In this document: piece by piece, positions 33,893-44,096 of the stretch
Position numbering within the stretch: position 1 is the first letter of the stretch
Layout: the number at the start of each line of letters is the position of its first letter
Assembly (NCBI GenBank): GCA_000002445.1
Contig: AL929603.2
Span: 256,001 to 320,000 of the forward strand
Length of the DNA stretch: 64,000 nt
Direction of reading: 5' to 3'
Source: Trypanosoma brucei
Lineage: Eukaryota
Made by a program: the position numbers and the translations under genes
Notes under the pieces: model-generated
Databases searched by the model: none
Seen by the model: only the letters and a program-made list of their open reading frames with translations
What the model was told of the DNA's origin: nothing

Positions 33893-35155
33893 ATGCGTCG
33901 CTTATTGTGTCTCTCACGCACTCGTGTTTCCTTCATGAGGTGGAAGTTCGACGAAGTGGCACATCTTCGGGACCAGGTTAAGGCCTTGGACAACCGCATT
34001 GCATTCATTGAGGAGAGTCAGACCATCAAATCACTTCTTGCTTTCTACAGCTCCCGCCCACTGAGTAATATAAACACACCAAGCAAGTTCATCAGCTATT
34101 GTGCTGAGTCTGATCACAATGCCAAGGTTTTTTGTCATGCAGAACTACCAACGCTACTAGCAAGACTCATCACAACAATAGACTCGTTCCCGTGCGGTCT
34201 TAACGCGATGCTGCCCATCGTGTCGGTGAGGAACACTTTTCTCGATTCCTTTAAAAAGCTTATAAAGTGTGATTTCCCCGAAGATGGTGCGAAGAGTGAG
34301 CAGTTTCTGGATGTTGTCAAGGAAATCGAGGAGGCTCATATGAAGAGGGAAGTGTTGCTTACAATAGGCACCGGTCTTTTGCAGTTGAAGGATCTTCTTT
34401 CGTGTCATAAGCGCTTTATTCTACGAAACAAGTGGTCTGGTTCATACAAAGAAATGGAGGCATCATCCAATGACTGGCTGTTGGATCTCACAGGGCCACT
34501 GGATGACTTCTGTTTCCGTATGGTGAACTACAATTTCCTCTCACGAATGCTGTTGAACTCAGAAGTTGTGAAGAATAACATGGTTGATCTGGTTGATCTG
34601 CAAATAGATCTCGAGAAGGTTGTTCGCAATGCTGTAGAGGATGCTCAATCTATCTGCACCAATTTTTACGGCTCCTGCCCGGGGGTGAAGTTTATTATTT
34701 TGAAGGATGAAAAACCAATGAAGTTGGCGTACCTGAGTTCAACTATATCGTACGTTGTTATCGAGTTAATGAAGAATGCGTTCAGGGCAACTGTCGAATC
34801 GCATTCAGACCTTACATCACCCACCATTGATTGTGATGACGCACCTCAGGTGGAAGTTTTAGTGAATATAAAAGAGGGCTCCAGTCACGCCTGTATACGT
34901 ATTTCAGATGAGGGTCTCGGGATGACGGTAGCACAGGCGAAAATGGCGATGAGCTATGCTCACACGTCAGCAAAAAAGTGCCTCATTGGCTCCCACCTTG
35001 GACAAGAGGACGGTGGCGAGAACGTAGCGCCCCTGGCTGGTTACGGTTTCGGTCTTCCCATGTCGAGAGTTTATGCCCGGCACTTTGGTGGAGATCTTGT
35101 ACTGAACACGATGGAGGGGTACGGGACCAGTGTCTATTATTTTATCCAAATTTGA
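33893..35155 (+). CDS. Mitochondrial PDK/BCKDK-family protein kinase (GHKL ATPase fold), 420 aa.
   Basis: It has the motifs ELMKNAFRAT (N-box), ISDEGLGM (G1), GYGFGLPMSRVYARHFGGDL (G2/G3) and the N-terminal four-helix region typical of pyruvate dehydrogenase kinase or branched-chain ketoacid dehydrogenase kinase. Confidence 0.85.
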   Translation: MRRLLCLSRTRVSFMRWKFDEVAHLRDQVKALDNRIAFIEESQTIKSLLAFYSSRPLSNINTPSKFISYCAESDHNAKVFCHAELPTLLARLITTIDSFPCGLNAMLPIVSVRNTFLDSFKKLIKCDFPEDGAKSEQFLDVVKEIEEAHMKREVLLTIGTGLLQLKDLLSCHKRFILRNKWSGSYKEMEASSNDWLLDLTGPLDDFCFRMVNYNFLSRMLLNSEVVKNNMVDLVDLQIDLEKVVRNAVEDAQSICTNFYGSCPGVKFIILKDEKPMKLAYLSSTISYVVIELMKNAFRATVESHSDLTSPTIDCDDAPQVEVLVNIKEGSSHACIRISDEGLGMTVAQAKMAMSYAHTSAKKCLIGSHLGQEDGGENVAPLAGYGFGLPMSRVYARHFGGDLVLNTMEGYGTSVYYFIQI

Positions 35156-35584
35156 GGGAATCTTATTACTTTTGATCGATACCCGAGCACTATTTTGATG
35201 TTTAGTTAATCGTTTCGTTTAGTTGCCCCTTGGTGTTCCTTGGTACCATTTGCTAATTCGGTCATTGCGCGCGCGGTGGGCGGAAAGCCGTTTGTAGTGG
35301 GATTTGCGCTAACGTGATCCCTGCGGCATATGTTTATTTACATGCTCCTCCTCATGGTCAGCCAAAGTGTCCGATTCAGGTAGTACTTTTTGAACTTTCT
35401 AACTTTTTTATACTTTTCTTTTTATGTTTGTGAACGATTCGAGTTAACTCTATTCCGTCCGTTCTCGTATCCCCCTTGTCAGGTGGAGAATAATGAGTGC
35501 GCTTACCAGCCGTGAGGGCTGTTATGTTGTCTATATCTTTTCCATTTATCCATTCGCTCCCTAGGTCAGTACGTAGTTGCTAGG

Positions 35585-37744
35585 ATGGACGGCAGTGAGT
35601 GCTTTCTCGTGACACCGACTCGGTGGGGGCTTATGCTAGAATACGAGCGTGAGGATGCTGTTGCTTTGCTGCGCCAGAAACTTGCTTTTTTCTCATCAGA
35701 CAGTCTAACTTTGACTGAAAGGGAAGATGTACTTTTATCATCCGGTGCAGAGTCCTCGAAGACAGACTCACTGTTGATTTACGGGTCAGTAGCACTGGTT
35801 CGCAAGGAGGCATTTCTATGGTTTCTTAGAGTTATTAGGCTGACGCTCGTGGAGGATATGGCCTCACAGGTTGTCATTTGCCCGCAAGTAGGGGACGCCG
35901 TGCCAAATCTACTGCTACCTCCCTTATGGGAAACAGGACAAACGAAGAGCTTCCGCCGATGGAGCGTCGTTTACTGGGCAATGCGATGTGGAATTCTTCG
36001 GGGTATTAAAAAGCGGTATGAGCTGACACAATTATATTTGGATCAAATTGTGAGCATTGGAGCTGGTGGTGACGACTTTGACGTGCGCGAAGAGGAGGAG
36101 GCAGCATTTCTGCAGGAGAAGTTGTTCCACAATGCCCATCAGGAACTTCGAGAGAGTGTTTTGGAGGCGAAGAATGCGCCATTCGATATCTATCATAGCG
36201 CTTGTAATGAGGAAAGGATCAACCTCTCGTTTGTAGTCTCAAATGTACCCACACTCATCGTCGTTTGGGCCAGCTGGGATGGCGCCTCGCTTGATTGGCT
36301 GAGGAAGAACATCTTCAATCGGGAGGTCACTTGCAGTTGCGACCCCGTCCCGCGGCCAACTTTCGTCGCCGATCTGAAAATCAGGGATCCGTGGCTACGG
36401 GTCGTGAGGGAGTTTACTTCTATTCCCAATGGGGAAGCGAACCAGCCGGTTGAGGAAGTGTCGGGAATTGCCAAGTGTGCTCAGATAGTATTAATTAGTG
36501 TTGATGAAGAGCAAGGCGCAGCTGTCGGCTGCCTGAAGGGGTTGATAGATGGGATTGATGGATGGAAGAGTCCCATTGTCCCCCTAATGCCGCTGTGGAG
36601 TGGTCCAAAGGGTATGCTAAGTGAACTCTCATCTGCCCTTGGTTTCTCGAGGCTTCCGTACTTTATGGCCGTTCAAAATACCCGTGTTGAGACTGCGAAG
36701 GGGGATGCCAAGCAGTTTCCGCGCATCTGTTACGTTACTCCTAATGGGCAGGGGGAGGTCCCCCCAACCCAGTCATGTACTGAGGGTAATACTGCTGAAC
36801 TTGGAGAGTGTGGGATGAACTCGCCAGATTGGCATCTTGTCGATAAGGGGGAACGTCAGCGCGTGACTGGTGAAATCGAGCGATTTTTATTATCCACTGA
36901 TGCACCTTTGCGTTTCCACGCTCGTGTTGACAAAACATATCATTCTCTTGGGACGCCCACGTTGGCGTCATCAGAGTCCCACCAACCTGACGTATCGTCG
37001 TTTGTGTCCCTGTCAGGAACTATTTCTTCGCTTGATTTAGCGAAGCTAAAGAATGCGTTGCGCGTCTTTGCTGGTGTTCGGAACAGCGCCGTAAACCTAA
37101 ATGTTATTAAGCCTTCGTGCCCGTTACTGGTTGAGCTGAACCCTGCTACTCCAACAAAATACATTCGGGGGGTGCAACGGTGTGTCACGTGTAGTGAATG
37201 TCACAAGGATATATTAATAGATAAGGAATACCACTTTAGATGCATTCAGTGTAGCCAGGTAAATGGAACTCTCTGCAAGATCTGCTTTGAGGGCGCCAAA
37301 CATCCGGCCCACCACATACTACTGAGGATGAACGTCGAAACCCCAACAACAGTGGAGTTGCTTTGGGGCCCTTCAAATGTTGCACCATTAGAACTTTTTC
37401 GAGGAGTACTCGTGACGAACAAGAGGAACACACACATTGGTGTGTACTGCAATTTATGTGCCCAACTTGTGCGTGGCAGACGTTGGAAATGCGCCATGTG
37501 CTACGATTTCGACATATGTAATGGGTGTATCGAGGAAAATTGTATGAAGTTCAGCGATGCCGGCGAAGTGAGTTTTGTTGTTTCGGACGGCGTCGGACAT
37601 GGCCAGAAGAATACTTTGTCGAGTTCTTACCATACAAAGGATCACATGTTTTTGTGCGTCCGTCACGCATGTGGCTCCGCTGGTGACGCATGTTTGAGGC
37701 CAGTAATGGAGCCGAATGCGGTAAAGCTTCTTCTGGAAGGATAG
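35585..37744 (+). CDS. Hypothetical protein with two C-terminal ZZ-type zinc fingers, 719 aa.
   Basis: CVTCSECHKDILIDKEYHFRCIQCSQVNGTLCKICFEGAKHPAHHILLRM and VYCNLCAQLVRGRRWKCAMCYDFDICNGCIEE fit the ZZ consensus C-x2-C ... C-x2-C ... C ... C-x2-C ... H ... H. Confidence 0.75.
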   Translation: MDGSECFLVTPTRWGLMLEYEREDAVALLRQKLAFFSSDSLTLTEREDVLLSSGAESSKTDSLLIYGSVALVRKEAFLWFLRVIRLTLVEDMASQVVICPQVGDAVPNLLLPPLWETGQTKSFRRWSVVYWAMRCGILRGIKKRYELTQLYLDQIVSIGAGGDDFDVREEEEAAFLQEKLFHNAHQELRESVLEAKNAPFDIYHSACNEERINLSFVVSNVPTLIVVWASWDGASLDWLRKNIFNREVTCSCDPVPRPTFVADLKIRDPWLRVVREFTSIPNGEANQPVEEVSGIAKCAQIVLISVDEEQGAAVGCLKGLIDGIDGWKSPIVPLMPLWSGPKGMLSELSSALGFSRLPYFMAVQNTRVETAKGDAKQFPRICYVTPNGQGEVPPTQSCTEGNTAELGECGMNSPDWHLVDKGERQRVTGEIERFLLSTDAPLRFHARVDKTYHSLGTPTLASSESHQPDVSSFVSLSGTISSLDLAKLKNALRVFAGVRNSAVNLNVIKPSCPLLVELNPATPTKYIRGVQRCVTCSECHKDILIDKEYHFRCIQCSQVNGTLCKICFEGAKHPAHHILLRMNVETPTTVELLWGPSNVAPLELFRGVLVTNKRNTHIGVYCNLCAQLVRGRRWKCAMCYDFDICNGCIEENCMKFSDAGEVSFVVSDGVGHGQKNTLSSSYHTKDHMFLCVRHACGSAGDACLRPVMEPNAVKLLLEG

Positions 37745-38227
37745 TGGACCTTGGAAGGGCTAAGAGTCACATTGCTCGCACGTTTGTACTAACAGGGTGA
37801 TGTCTGACTTATTCTATCAGTTCACAGTTTATTATGTTTAGTTCCACTTCACGGAAGACTGTCGCGGAGTTCTGCGGAAGAAGAAAAAATAAAAGAGGTA
37901 ATGTAGCCTCCGAAATGCGCGGTGCACCCAGTATGGCTCCAGAAACGAACTTTGGTATCCATGCATCCACCCATGTTTGTTTTCACAACACTATACTGCT
38001 TGAGCGCAGAGTGTTGTCGTCCCTTCAATATTTGCAGCTTTATCCTCTTTTTTAATCATTTGCTTCACCTCTTGTTATATTACTTGCGTTAATATGTCGA
38101 AAGTGATCGCAAGGACGTTAGTTGTACCCCCGCCGCTGGTCTCGGGTGGTGTAATCGACTATTCGTTGGTAAAAGTGTCCCGGGCATCCGGGGCTGCGAG
38201 GGTCATTACGTTTACCGTGCCGAAGCT

Positions 38228-39508
38228 ATGGGTTGTGCAGGGAGTCAGCAGCAAAAACCTCGTAGCAATCAAAATATACGTACAAAAGATGAAGGTGTGG
38301 GACCCACCGAACCCTTTGGTGCTCAAAACGGGGACGAATTTCGTTCGTGCGAGCTCTCCACCGTCGAAAGACCGATACGACTGGCTTCACCAGGCTCGCT
38401 GAGTCGGCTTGAAGCGCAACAAAATTGCAGAGAGACATCACACCGACGCAGAAAGGCTTCAAAAATCAGTGGGAAGGACAACTTTTATTTTTCCCACTGT
38501 AGCGTAGGGGGCAACGGGCGATCGAAGAGTAGAGGGACTTATAAACTTGCAAGCCAAGATACCTTTGCTGACGGGGAGATGACTTTAACCATTCTTAGCA
38601 ATTCCAGCTCCCCCCAGCTGCTTCGTATCCAGCCGTCAGAGCGGGCACAACAGGGTGATGGGACGTGGGAATGGTGGTATGAACAAGTGGAGAAGCTGCT
38701 TGTGACCAAGGACTGTAACTCGCGTACAAGGCTTCAGGACATCCCCAACCGCCTGACAAGGCAATACGATGCGGACAAAGAGCATGTGGAGCTGGACCTG
38801 AGTTGGTGTTTTATGGAACGTTCTGCCCCGTATGTTCTGAGTCGCCTTCTTGCAAGTCCTTATCTGGTGGAAATTCGATGGGTTACAGCCTTGCGGCTCG
38901 ACGGCAACTACTTCACAGATGATGGATTCGGAAGCATGCTGGAGGTAATGAGTACCGTAAATGAAACGCAACTGACTTTGCCCCTTTTAAGGCATCTGTA
39001 TCTTAATAATATGAACCTTGACCATCATAGCCTTCATGGGATTTTGTTTTACTTGTTTCCAGTGGACGATGCCTGCTACCCTTCCGTGGGTTTGACTTCC
39101 GATAGCCGAGCGATCGCAGGAAGAGCGTTTGGAAAGCCCCCAAAGGCGTATTTGCCCTTCAACAGTGCCCCACGTATCGCTCTGTTTCCATCGCTGACAG
39201 TACTCAGCTTGTGCGATAATCCTGGGATCGGGAACCTCGGTCTCATAGAGTTGTTAAGGTGTTTTCTTGCATCACATTACGAGCATCGGGTCCTGCCTGT
39301 GCTCGACATGTCTCGCTGTGGCATCGATGAGGTGGGTGCAAGATGTATTCGTGAATATATTGAGAAGCTCCCACTCGCAGTGGAGGAAAACCGTCCGGTG
39401 GTGACCACCCAGCGCATTGTGCTGTATGGAAACAGGCACAGTGCTGATCGCGTAGTTGCCGCCGCCACGGACGATTCGCCGTACGATACTGCGAGTGTTG
39501 TGGGATAG
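38228..39508 (+). CDS. Leucine-rich-repeat (RNI-like) protein with a predicted N-terminal dual-acylation signal, 426 aa.
   Basis: The N-terminus MGCAGSQ has Gly2 for N-myristoylation, Cys3 for palmitoylation and Ser6. The C-terminal half has LRR/RNI-like repeats (LTVLSLCDNPGIGNLGLIELL, LDMSRCGIDEVGARCIREYI). Confidence 0.7.
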   Translation: MGCAGSQQQKPRSNQNIRTKDEGVGPTEPFGAQNGDEFRSCELSTVERPIRLASPGSLSRLEAQQNCRETSHRRRKASKISGKDNFYFSHCSVGGNGRSKSRGTYKLASQDTFADGEMTLTILSNSSSPQLLRIQPSERAQQGDGTWEWWYEQVEKLLVTKDCNSRTRLQDIPNRLTRQYDADKEHVELDLSWCFMERSAPYVLSRLLASPYLVEIRWVTALRLDGNYFTDDGFGSMLEVMSTVNETQLTLPLLRHLYLNNMNLDHHSLHGILFYLFPVDDACYPSVGLTSDSRAIAGRAFGKPPKAYLPFNSAPRIALFPSLTVLSLCDNPGIGNLGLIELLRCFLASHYEHRVLPVLDMSRCGIDEVGARCIREYIEKLPLAVEENRPVVTTQRIVLYGNRHSADRVVAAATDDSPYDTASVVG

Positions 39509-40387
39509 GGGTGTGGCAGGACACGTAACGTGAAGCAGCATAGAAATTGCTATATTTTATAACGCATCCCGGCCAGTGGCTATGCAACTCAGCTGGTGAT
39601 GGTCTTGTACGAAATTCTCAATGCTCGTATCGTGTGACGTAAAACAGCACAACTGCTGTTGTATTTTCTTGCTATACATGACGACAAAACGAAAAAAAAA
39701 GAGATTGCACAGGTATGCTTACGTGTATGTTTCTACATTGCGGTGGGCCGCATGCTAGTGAGGAGGGAATGCCAAACGTAGGTCTGATCCCTTCCATTCA
39801 TTGTCGTCATTCTTAGTTGATAGAAGTGACTGATAACCAAGCGCCTGCGCAAAACCGTTCTGCTACTACAGACCCTTCATGCGCGGAGGGCACTGTAGTT
39901 GCTTTATTGCCAGAGGGCGGGAAACAAAGCGGTCGACGTACACACACGTACATACATATTTGCGTGTACATGTGCACATATTCTTTTCTTGACCCCCAGC
40001 GATTTGTTTTTTTTCTTTTGATACCGCCGAAATTTTATGTTTTTTTTTCACCAGCACGCAAAAAAGCACGCGAATCTATGCCAATCTTGTAGAACGTTAT
40101 ATGAGTACGGAATGGAGCGCTAGGGGGGATGACGAGTGGGCGCCCCTCAGAGGGAAGTATCGGAATGGGACGAACCGCTCCTTTGTGGGAACACGGGCCA
40201 CCCTTAAGACAATACCTTGCAATAAAGGTCTTTTTTTTTACTACTCGCGTTGCGCATCGCACATAGGTCTGCATTCTTTCTTTTTCCCTTCCCCGCTGTA
40301 GGGCATAGGTGTTTCTTCGGTTGAGGCATTATCGTTGGCGGAGATCGAAGTAGGTTAACATACGGATACAAGTGCGAGTGAGCTGAA

Positions 40388-40645
40388 GTGGCTATGTTTC
40401 GCTCGTCGATGGTAGTGCGGTCCTTTACGCAGGAATCTTTTTATCGCATGAGCAAGTACATCAAGAGCCGCAACCCCAACGAGAGGTACCTGCGCACTGG
40501 CCACATTGTACTTGAAACGCTAAAGAGGTACCATTCGTATGTGTTGGCCCTGGTATTTACTCTGGGGGTCACGTGCTACGACCAAATCAAGCACCCAGAG
40601 AAAATTAGAGTACCCGTACACGATGGTCGATCACTTGTTCTTTAG
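40388..40645 (+). CDS. Possible small single-TM protein (85 aa; alternatively starting at Met 40448).
   Basis: Protein-like composition (MSKYIKSRNPNERYLRTGHIVLETLKRYHSYVLALVFTLGVTCY) within an otherwise 1.45 kb intergenic gap on the coding strand. No homology recognised. Confidence 0.3.
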   Translation: MAMFRSSMVVRSFTQESFYRMSKYIKSRNPNERYLRTGHIVLETLKRYHSYVLALVFTLGVTCYDQIKHPEKIRVPVHDGRSLVL

Positions 40646-40868
40646 TACATAGCCCGGAGAATGTTTGGTGGCCGCCAAAGTTGTCAAATTCCTTTGGCGC
40701 GCATGTATACGTAAACGCGTGTGAGAGCGTACGGTGGCTTATTGATTCTGACTGCTATATATATTTTTCGAATGCCATATAGTCGAGTTGTTCGGTCTCT
40801 GTCTTTTTCTGTTGCTGGTGCGCTTTGTAGCACTGAGCCCAACGTCTCTCTCCCTTGTTTACACATTT

Positions 40869-40887
40869 ACGGGGTTTCTATATATAT
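40869..40887 (+). repeat. (TA)n microsatellite.
   Basis: The sequence shows ctatatatatatatatatatt. Confidence 0.9.
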
Positions 40888-40967
40888 ATATATATATTAC
40901 ATGGGTATCACTTTCAGTTTACTGCCGGTAGTTTGCTGAAGTCTCAGTAGTGCTCTAGCGAGCTACG

Positions 40968-42341
40968 ATGAGTCGTTTTGCCGCAAGCGGTGACGGGAAG
41001 GTTGTGGCAAGGAAGGAAAGAGCTTTAATGTCGGTCAAGAACTTCATTGAGTTGATCCCACTTGACATCGACCTCGAAACGACACGGCAACTTGTTTTAA
41101 AGGGAAAAAATATCACGGCAATTCCGCCAAATATCGGTACTCTTCTTCGAGAGGTTCGGAGGTTGGATCTATCAACTAATGATGTGCGTGATATAACACC
41201 GTTGGCGACGCTCGCCAACCTCACATCTATAAATCTCACGCGAAACCCTCACCTCCTATCCATAGCACCCCTTGCGTCTCTACACCTTACCGTAGTCGTC
41301 GTGGCTCACTGTGGCCTCCGATCGCTTGTCGGCCTTGAAGGTAGTGCAGGGACGCTCAAAACCCTCGTGGTGAACGACAACAATTTGCTCCTGCGGTCAC
41401 CCTCTGGAAAATGCGTAGAAGGAGCGGGTGCTGACGAAATCGCAACTGCAGTGAAGAACTATGACGTTATCGCGGACCTTACGGAGTGCGAAACGCTCGT
41501 TCTCTCCAGGAACCCGCTCCTTTGTAGCCTATATGCGGGACCAACAGAGGAGGATAAGACTCATCCACAAAAGAAGGCTGAAGCGGGAGAGGAAACAAAA
41601 TGCGAACCAGATTGGGAACACCCTCTGTCTGCAATCGTGAAGATGACCTGTCTGAAGAAACTTTCACTTAGCGGCTGTGGCTTAACGTCTTTACCGCGAC
41701 ACTGGTTTATACCCAAGGTCACAGAGCTGCGGCTGAGTCAGAACAAACTGAAGAGTTTGGTTCCAGAAGGTGTTCTTTTTCGTTCTGTGAAAATTTTGGA
41801 CGTTAGCCACAATGAATTGAAGGAGGCGTCTACGTTGCGGCGGTGTCGCTTTGTTTACCACTTAGGTGTTCGCGGTAATCCATTTGTGGAAGATGGTAAT
41901 GTGTCTACGGGGGCAAAGAGAAAGGCGGGGAAGGGAGACGACGACAACAAGAGCGAAAGCCCACCTCCAGCGAAAAAGAATCTTGGGGTAGTGCTGCAGT
42001 ACCTCATGCGGATTATGCCCCACTTAGAAATGGTGGACGGCACACCTTTGGCGCAACTGCTGCCGACCGAGCAAGACGATGAGCGGAAGGAAACTGTGGA
42101 GTTTACGGCCAATAAACAGGAAGAGAGTGCTGAAAGTGTGGCAGATGACGGCGGATCTAAAGTACCGGAAGAGGAAGATAATGCATTGGAACCTCCGGAA
42201 ACATCAGAGTTGGGCAAACCTGCCATCGTCCGACGGGGGCAAACAAACTTACTCGCTACAAAGAAGAGAAGGCTCTCTGCTGAGGGCGCAGCCGTCACGC
42301 AAATACTGCTTAAAAGAAAGACTGAGGCCTCAGGTTGGTAA
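40968..42341 (+). CDS. Leucine-rich repeat protein (LRRP), 457 aa.
   Basis: N-terminal tandem LRRs (LDLSTNDVRDITPLATLANLTSINLTRNPHLLSIAPL ...), a second LRR block, and an LRRcap-like segment (NLGVVLQYLMRIMPHLEMVDGTPL). Confidence 0.7.
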   Translation: MSRFAASGDGKVVARKERALMSVKNFIELIPLDIDLETTRQLVLKGKNITAIPPNIGTLLREVRRLDLSTNDVRDITPLATLANLTSINLTRNPHLLSIAPLASLHLTVVVVAHCGLRSLVGLEGSAGTLKTLVVNDNNLLLRSPSGKCVEGAGADEIATAVKNYDVIADLTECETLVLSRNPLLCSLYAGPTEEDKTHPQKKAEAGEETKCEPDWEHPLSAIVKMTCLKKLSLSGCGLTSLPRHWFIPKVTELRLSQNKLKSLVPEGVLFRSVKILDVSHNELKEASTLRRCRFVYHLGVRGNPFVEDGNVSTGAKRKAGKGDDDNKSESPPPAKKNLGVVLQYLMRIMPHLEMVDGTPLAQLLPTEQDDERKETVEFTANKQEESAESVADDGGSKVPEEEDNALEPPETSELGKPAIVRRGQTNLLATKKRRLSAEGAAVTQILLKRKTEASGW

Positions 42342-42770
42342 GCGAAACGCATTGCCGACACTGTGCCTCAGCTTCTCGGTGCGACAAAAGAAGTGGCCCA
42401 GGTGTGCCGATGGAACGTCTTAAATTTTTCAAGTAGTACATCAGTTAAGTTTTACACGTAGAATCTCTCTGTATTGTCGACAGACACTGCGTGTTTGCCT
42501 ATCTCCTCATACCTTGCGTGTTGCTAAGGATTGGTGATAACTTTTTCCCGCTACAACAAAAATATTTGTTTGTTAAAAACCTATAATCAGAACCATATTC
42601 TGCCGGTTAGTTGTATACCCACATTAGTGAATATGAGGTTGGTTCTCACATAACCATGGGGAGCCGCACACATCATGAATACCCGATAATAAACCTGTAC
42701 AGCTTAATGTATACTTAAACTTCTATGCTCTTTCCCCCCTTTTTTACCATTCTCACTACTGTGAACAGTA

Positions 42771-43280
42771 ATGTGGCGGGTGAAACCCTTAGTTTGGTTG
42801 GCTGCTCGCGATGTCAACACCCTCCGTACTGTCTCTTCACTTCACTCCCGAACCCGGCAAGAGGATGTCACCATCAGTGGAAATGACAAAGTGACAAGAA
42901 ATAGGGAGCGTAACTACGCAGCGGCACCGTCTGGATGCTTTCGCTTTGATTTACCGACTGCATCGCTGCATTCGGAACTTTCAAGAGGCCGTCGTTATGA
43001 TGTACCGAAGGGAAAATCATGTAGCGGCCAATGGGCCTCAAAAGGTAAAATATGCACAACTACCAATAATGGGAGAGCTGCAGTGGGAACAGGTAAGGAA
43101 CCTTCAATGGGACCGCTTCCATCTTCCCGGAGTTCCGGCACCCGATTCCCAGTTGATTATCGACGGATGAAAGAGTCTCACAAGGTGGAGGCTGGTAATG
43201 CTGTGAATTCAACAATATCGAGTAGTGACAGCAGGGCACCGTCGAAACGAATTAGTGTTCGAGTCATCGCTTTGGAGTAA
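42771..43280 (+). CDS. Hypothetical low-complexity protein (169 aa). The coding status is uncertain; an alternative 74-aa ORF overlaps it at 42946..43170 in another frame.
   Basis: Only ORFs in a 1.75 kb intergenic interval; Ser/Arg-rich. Confidence 0.25.
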   Translation: MWRVKPLVWLAARDVNTLRTVSSLHSRTRQEDVTISGNDKVTRNRERNYAAAPSGCFRFDLPTASLHSELSRGRRYDVPKGKSCSGQWASKGKICTTTNNGRAAVGTGKEPSMGPLPSSRSSGTRFPVDYRRMKESHKVEAGNAVNSTISSSDSRAPSKRISVRVIALE

Positions 43281-43763
43281 CCGGAACAAACATCGTCACC
43301 CCCTCCCTTTTATTCATCACACACATAGTTTCTTCACAGTTATTTTGTTTTCTCGTACCATTGCTCGCTCGATTGTACTCTTTTCTCTGCCTAATTTGTT
43401 TCTTTCCATGCCGAGAGTGGAGTCAGGCACATATAGGTGTTTGTACACTTTCTCGCGCCGCAACTTACTTGCGTAGTAACTTCTGAGACTAAGCAATGCC
43501 TCTTTTTGAAAAATTGTGAAGGAAAATCCCTCTTTTTTTCTTACCTTGCTGCTCTTTTTAGGTTAACTCGGTGGTTTTCCCGCTAGACCTCTTCTCACCA
43601 TACCCTTTCGCATGTCGTACCTTCTGTATGGACGGCGTCCGTGTTTGTGTGGGTAGAGCGGGTGTGGAAGTTGTGATTGCGCCTTTTGATGGTTGCTTTT
43701 CCCACATGATGTACCGGTTCTACAACGAAGACATATCATTTTGGATATGCGGAACTCAGATCT

Positions 43764-43916
43764 CTGTGTTGGCACAATTGTCTTTTGCTATGAGAGTGAA
43801 GGGCGCGTTGAGTGGGAAGCCATGCCGAATTTAGTGCGAGGCCATCCTAATTAAGGTACCCGAGAGCGCGGTGAGTTGTGTTACTTTCCGTATTGGGGTA
43901 CAGTTGTGTATACTGT
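43764..43916 (+). repeat. Direct repeat copy A, 153 bp (ctgtgttggcacaattgtctttTgctatgagagtgaagggcgcgttgagtgggaagccatgccgaatttagtgcgagGccatcctaattaaggtacccgagagcgcggtgagttgtgttactttccgtattggGgtacagttgtgtatactgt).
   Basis: About 98 percent identical to copy B at 49310..49461. Both copies are intergenic. Confidence 0.9.
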
Positions 43917-44096
43917 TTGATTCTATTCGCTTTGGTATCTAGCACAGCCGGTGGCTAGGACGAAAGTTGCTCGAGGAAAAGTGCTTGCTTTTACGCTGTC
44001 TTTCGTATTTGCTGCCCTTTTCTCAAAGCCAACTCTTTCTCCTTTATCCTTCGTTCTCCGCTTCACGTGACGATAGCATATAACTGAAGGAAGCTT

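Noticed and set aside
43571-43834. An 87-aa ORF and a 79-aa ORF (49141..49380) ending in the identical peptide SVLAQLSLAMRVKGALSGKPCRI.
   Set aside because: The shared C-termini are simply the translation of the 152-bp direct repeat. The upstream parts are unrelated and UTR-like, so these are not paralogous genes.
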